Shown here one piece after another: positions 61,382-64,000 of a DNA stretch of 64,000 nt. Under the pieces are notes generated by a model that made no database searches, was not told the DNA's origin, and worked only from the letters and a program-made list of their open reading frames with translations. The translations under genes were made by a program, and so were the position numbers. Position 1 is the first letter of the stretch; the number at the start of each line of letters is the position of its first letter. Source of the stretch: an uncultured delta proteobacterium (GTDB taxonomy: Bacteria; Myxococcota_A; Polyangia; Haliangiales; Haliangiaceae); assembly GCA_963848295.1 (NCBI GenBank), contig CAWKDB010000010.1, positions 2,592,001 through 2,656,000 on the forward strand. Reading direction: 5' to 3'.

Positions 61382-62638
61382 ATGCCGCTGGCGATGGTGG
61401 CGAGCGATCTCCGACCCGAACGGGACCCGAAGCGGATCGCGGACTTGGTGCTCGCGACCGCGGTCGGCGCCGGAGCCGATGCGGTGTTCGTCGAGCCGAG
61501 CGCCGGCCAGTACGCGATCACGGTCGAGCGCGGTACGAAGGTCGTCGCGACCGCGGCGCTCGAAGCCGGGCTCGGCGCGGCCGTCGTCGCTCGCTTGGGG
61601 TTCGTCGCCGAGCTCGACGTCGCGACGCCGCACGCGGTGAGCGGAGTCGTCCCGGTGCGTTCGGGCGACCGCGAAGCACACGTGGTCATCACGCTGCGTC
61701 CGGGCGCGGATGTCCGCGCCGACTTGATGGTGATCCGGCCCAAGCCACGCGCCGCCGCGCCCTACGGACCGATCGCCGGCGACGTGCTTGGACCGTATCG
61801 CGTCGTCGAGAAGCTCGGCGCCGGCGGCATGGGCACCGTGTTCCGCGTCGATCACGTCACGCTCGGTCGCGCGTTCGCGCTCAAGGTGTTGAGGCCGAAA
61901 GTGCTCGAGCGCCACCCGGAAGCCGGCGAGCGCTTCCTGCGCGAAGCGCGCACCGCGGCGCGGGTTCGCCACGCGAACATCGTCGACGTCGTCGACTTCG
62001 GTCATGTGCCCGACGGCCGGCCGTATCTCGTGATGGAGCTGCTCGAAGGCGAGTCGCTGTCGGCCCGGGTCGCGCGGGGCGCGCTCCCGCACGACGACGT
62101 CATGACGGTCGCACACCAACTCGCAGACGCGCTCGCCGCGGCGCACGACTCCGGCATCGTCCACGCAGACGTCACACCGGCGAACGTCTTCGTCCGCGGC
62201 GAAGGCAAGGACGCGCTCCTCAAGCTGCTCGACTTCGGGCTCGCCGAGCTGATCGGCGAAGACTTGCGCGACGAGCCGGTGGATACCGTCCACGGCACCC
62301 CGCACTACATCTCGCCCGAGCAGCTGCGAGGCCAGTCGCCGACCGATCGCTCGGACCAATACTCGCTCGGTGCGGTGATGTTCAAGCTGCTGTGCGGGTT
62401 CCCGCCCTACGAGGCGCCCTCGCTCCACGACCTGTGCATGATGCACTTGCAAGCACCGATTCCGGAGCTGACGTCGCCCCACGGCCCGCTGCCGCAACGG
62501 TTGGTCGATGTCGTCACGACGTGTTTGCAGAAGCATCCGACGAATCGCTTTCCGAGTACGCGCGCGTTGATCGCGGCGCTCAGCGACATCGATCACCTGG
62601 TCGACCGGCGGGGCTGGCGTCGCTGGTTATCGGGATGA
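61382..62638 (+). CDS. Hanks-type Ser/Thr kinase with an N-terminal PilB/GspE-like domain and an atypical catalytic loop
   Basis: LGAGGMGTV, ALKVL, FLREA, HADVTPAN, DFG, GTPHYISPE, SDQYSLG. Confidence 0.85.
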   Translation: MPLAMVASDLRPERDPKRIADLVLATAVGAGADAVFVEPSAGQYAITVERGTKVVATAALEAGLGAAVVARLGFVAELDVATPHAVSGVVPVRSGDREAHVVITLRPGADVRADLMVIRPKPRAAAPYGPIAGDVLGPYRVVEKLGAGGMGTVFRVDHVTLGRAFALKVLRPKVLERHPEAGERFLREARTAARVRHANIVDVVDFGHVPDGRPYLVMELLEGESLSARVARGALPHDDVMTVAHQLADALAAAHDSGIVHADVTPANVFVRGEGKDALLKLLDFGLAELIGEDLRDEPVDTVHGTPHYISPEQLRGQSPTDRSDQYSLGAVMFKLLCGFPPYEAPSLHDLCMMHLQAPIPELTSPHGPLPQRLVDVVTTCLQKHPTNRFPSTRALIAALSDIDHLVDRRGWRRWLSG

Positions 62639-63228
62639 GCGCGACGCGTCCACCACCGCCGCCGGGCTCACCCCTCGTCGTATGCGTCGACGACGACGAA
62701 GCGGTGCTCACCGCGGTGATGCGCTGCCTGCGCAAAGAAGCGATCGAGGTTCGCCGCACGACATCGCCGCACGAAGCGCTCGCGTGGATCACGACCGAGC
62801 CGGTCGCGGTGCTCGTCGCCGACTACGAGATGCCCGAGCTCAACGGCGCTCAGCTCGCCGGTCAGGCGCGCCGCGTTCGACCCGAGACCGTGCGCATTCT
62901 CCTCACCGGTAACCAGACCCTCGAGACCGCGGTCGATGGCATCAACCAAGGCGAGATCTTCCGGTTCATCTCCAAGCCGTTCGAGACCGACGATCTGCGC
63001 CGGGCCGTGCTCGCCGCGATCTCGCGCCACAAAGAGCTGGTCGTGCTGCTCGGCGATCGCAAGCAGCGCGAACGCCGCGACTCGTTGCGCGCGGCGCTCG
63101 AGACCGAGTATCCCGGCATCACGAAGGTGCAACGCGCGAGCGACGGCGCGTACGAAGTCAGCGGCTCGCCCGCCGCCGAGGCGACCGAGCTCGGCCTGAC
63201 GCAGCTGACGTCCGCGCTACAGCGCTAG
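62635..63228 (+). CDS. Response regulator (REC plus short helical tail)
   Basis: VDDD, LVADYEMP, LLTG, FISKPF; ATG overlaps the kinase stop (ATGA). Confidence 0.88.
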   Translation: MSATRPPPPPGSPLVVCVDDDEAVLTAVMRCLRKEAIEVRRTTSPHEALAWITTEPVAVLVADYEMPELNGAQLAGQARRVRPETVRILLTGNQTLETAVDGINQGEIFRFISKPFETDDLRRAVLAAISRHKELVVLLGDRKQRERRDSLRAALETEYPGITKVQRASDGAYEVSGSPAAEATELGLTQLTSALQR

Positions 63229-63241
63229 GAGCTCGAGGGCG

Positions 63242-64000
63242 CTAGTTGATCGTCGGCGCCGGGACGCGGACCTCGAGGTCGAACAGATCGCCGCTGTCCG
63301 GCACATCGACCGCGAGCGTCGGCGTCTGATCGGTCATCGTCGGATCGATGACGTAGCCGCGCGTCACGTTGTTGTTCGTGATGTCGCCGATGATGTACGC
63401 CGCGGTGCCGTCCGGCTTCCACTGGAAGATGTTGACGTCGGGCGTCGGCGTACCGGTATCGCAGTCGAGGCACGTCGCGAGCACGCTGACCAGCCGCTTC
63501 GGCGCGGCATCGCTGCCGTCGAGCGAGCTGACGTACGGCTCGTTGCGCGCCGACAAGAACGTCGCGAGGTACGCGACCTTGGTGCCGTCGGGCGAGAACC
63601 AGAACGGCGCGGTGAAGTTCGCGTGGCCGGCCGCGGTCAGGTTCGTCAGGTTCAGGGGCACGCCGAGCGTCGCGGTGTCGGTCGCCCACATATCGTAGGC
63701 TGCGACCACGGGCGTATCGACGTTGGCGACCAGCGTCGCGCCGTCGGGCGAGATCGAGAACCCGCCGATGTCCGGGGTCGAGCCATCGAGCGTACGGGTC
63801 GCGAAGATCGACGTGATGTCGGTGCGCATCGAGCCATCCGGCGCGGCGTCGAACAGCTGGAACTCGGTGTCGCCGGTGGTGACGCGCGCGCTGAAGTAGG
63901 CGTTGTCAGCGCTGTCGAACTTGAGCGTGCCACCGACGCCTTTCGCGGCGGTGTCGGTCTGAACGCCGATGTCGGTGGCCGCGAGCAGCTCGACGGTCGT
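63242..64000 (-). CDS. Beta-propeller (TolB-like) protein, 5'-truncated by the window edge
   Basis: Repeats ISPDGATL, FSPDGTKVAY, WKPDGTAA; the frame continues toward the window end. Confidence 0.65.
   Translation of the reverse strand, partial: TTVELLAATDIGVQTDTAAKGVGGTLKFDSADNAYFSARVTTGDTEFQLFDAAPDGSMRTDITSIFATRTLDGSTPDIGGFSISPDGATLVANVDTPVVAAYDMWATDTATLGVPLNLTNLTAAGHANFTAPFWFSPDGTKVAYLATFLSARNEPYVSSLDGSDAAPKRLVSVLATCLDCDTGTPTPDVNIFQWKPDGTAAYIIGDITNNNVTRGYVIDPTMTDQTPTLAVDVPDSGDLFDLEVRVPAPTIN

Overview
A GC-rich bacterial window (roughly 70% by eye). It is most likely from a myxobacterium (Myxococcota); this is inferred from the PEGA, PilZ-REC-DUF4388, Hanks kinase and many Cys-rich lipoprotein genes. 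The centrepiece is a compact NRPS cluster at ~31.6-51.0 kb: an Sfp-type PPTase and an MFS exporter sit divergent to a ~5,290-aa five-module NRPS with a terminal thioester reductase, which is translationally coupled to an EthA-like Baeyer-Villiger monooxygenase. One extra G at 41145-41147 splits the NRPS into two ORFs. Hand-read A-domain pockets suggest an alternating basic/hydrophobic pentapeptide released as an aldehyde or alcohol. A second candidate system is a coupled operon of lipoprotein Ntn-acylase, VolA/Pla-1-type lipase and FadL, bracketed by a 32-bp inverted repeat pair; it looks like a surface module that strips amide- and ester-linked fatty acids and imports them. Other points: a 57-bp palindromic element with a 7-bp flanking duplication inserted in-frame in the NRPS; an accessory island at 51.0-55.5 kb (HipA/HTH TA pair with operator, Fic, long hairpin, group II intron 3' remnant fused to a truncated four-helix-bundle gene); a G1P-dehydrogenase/TIM-barrel pair; and an atypical kinase carrying a PilB/GspE-like N-domain. 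No rRNA, tRNA or CRISPR array was seen. All family calls are by motif recognition only; no searches were run.
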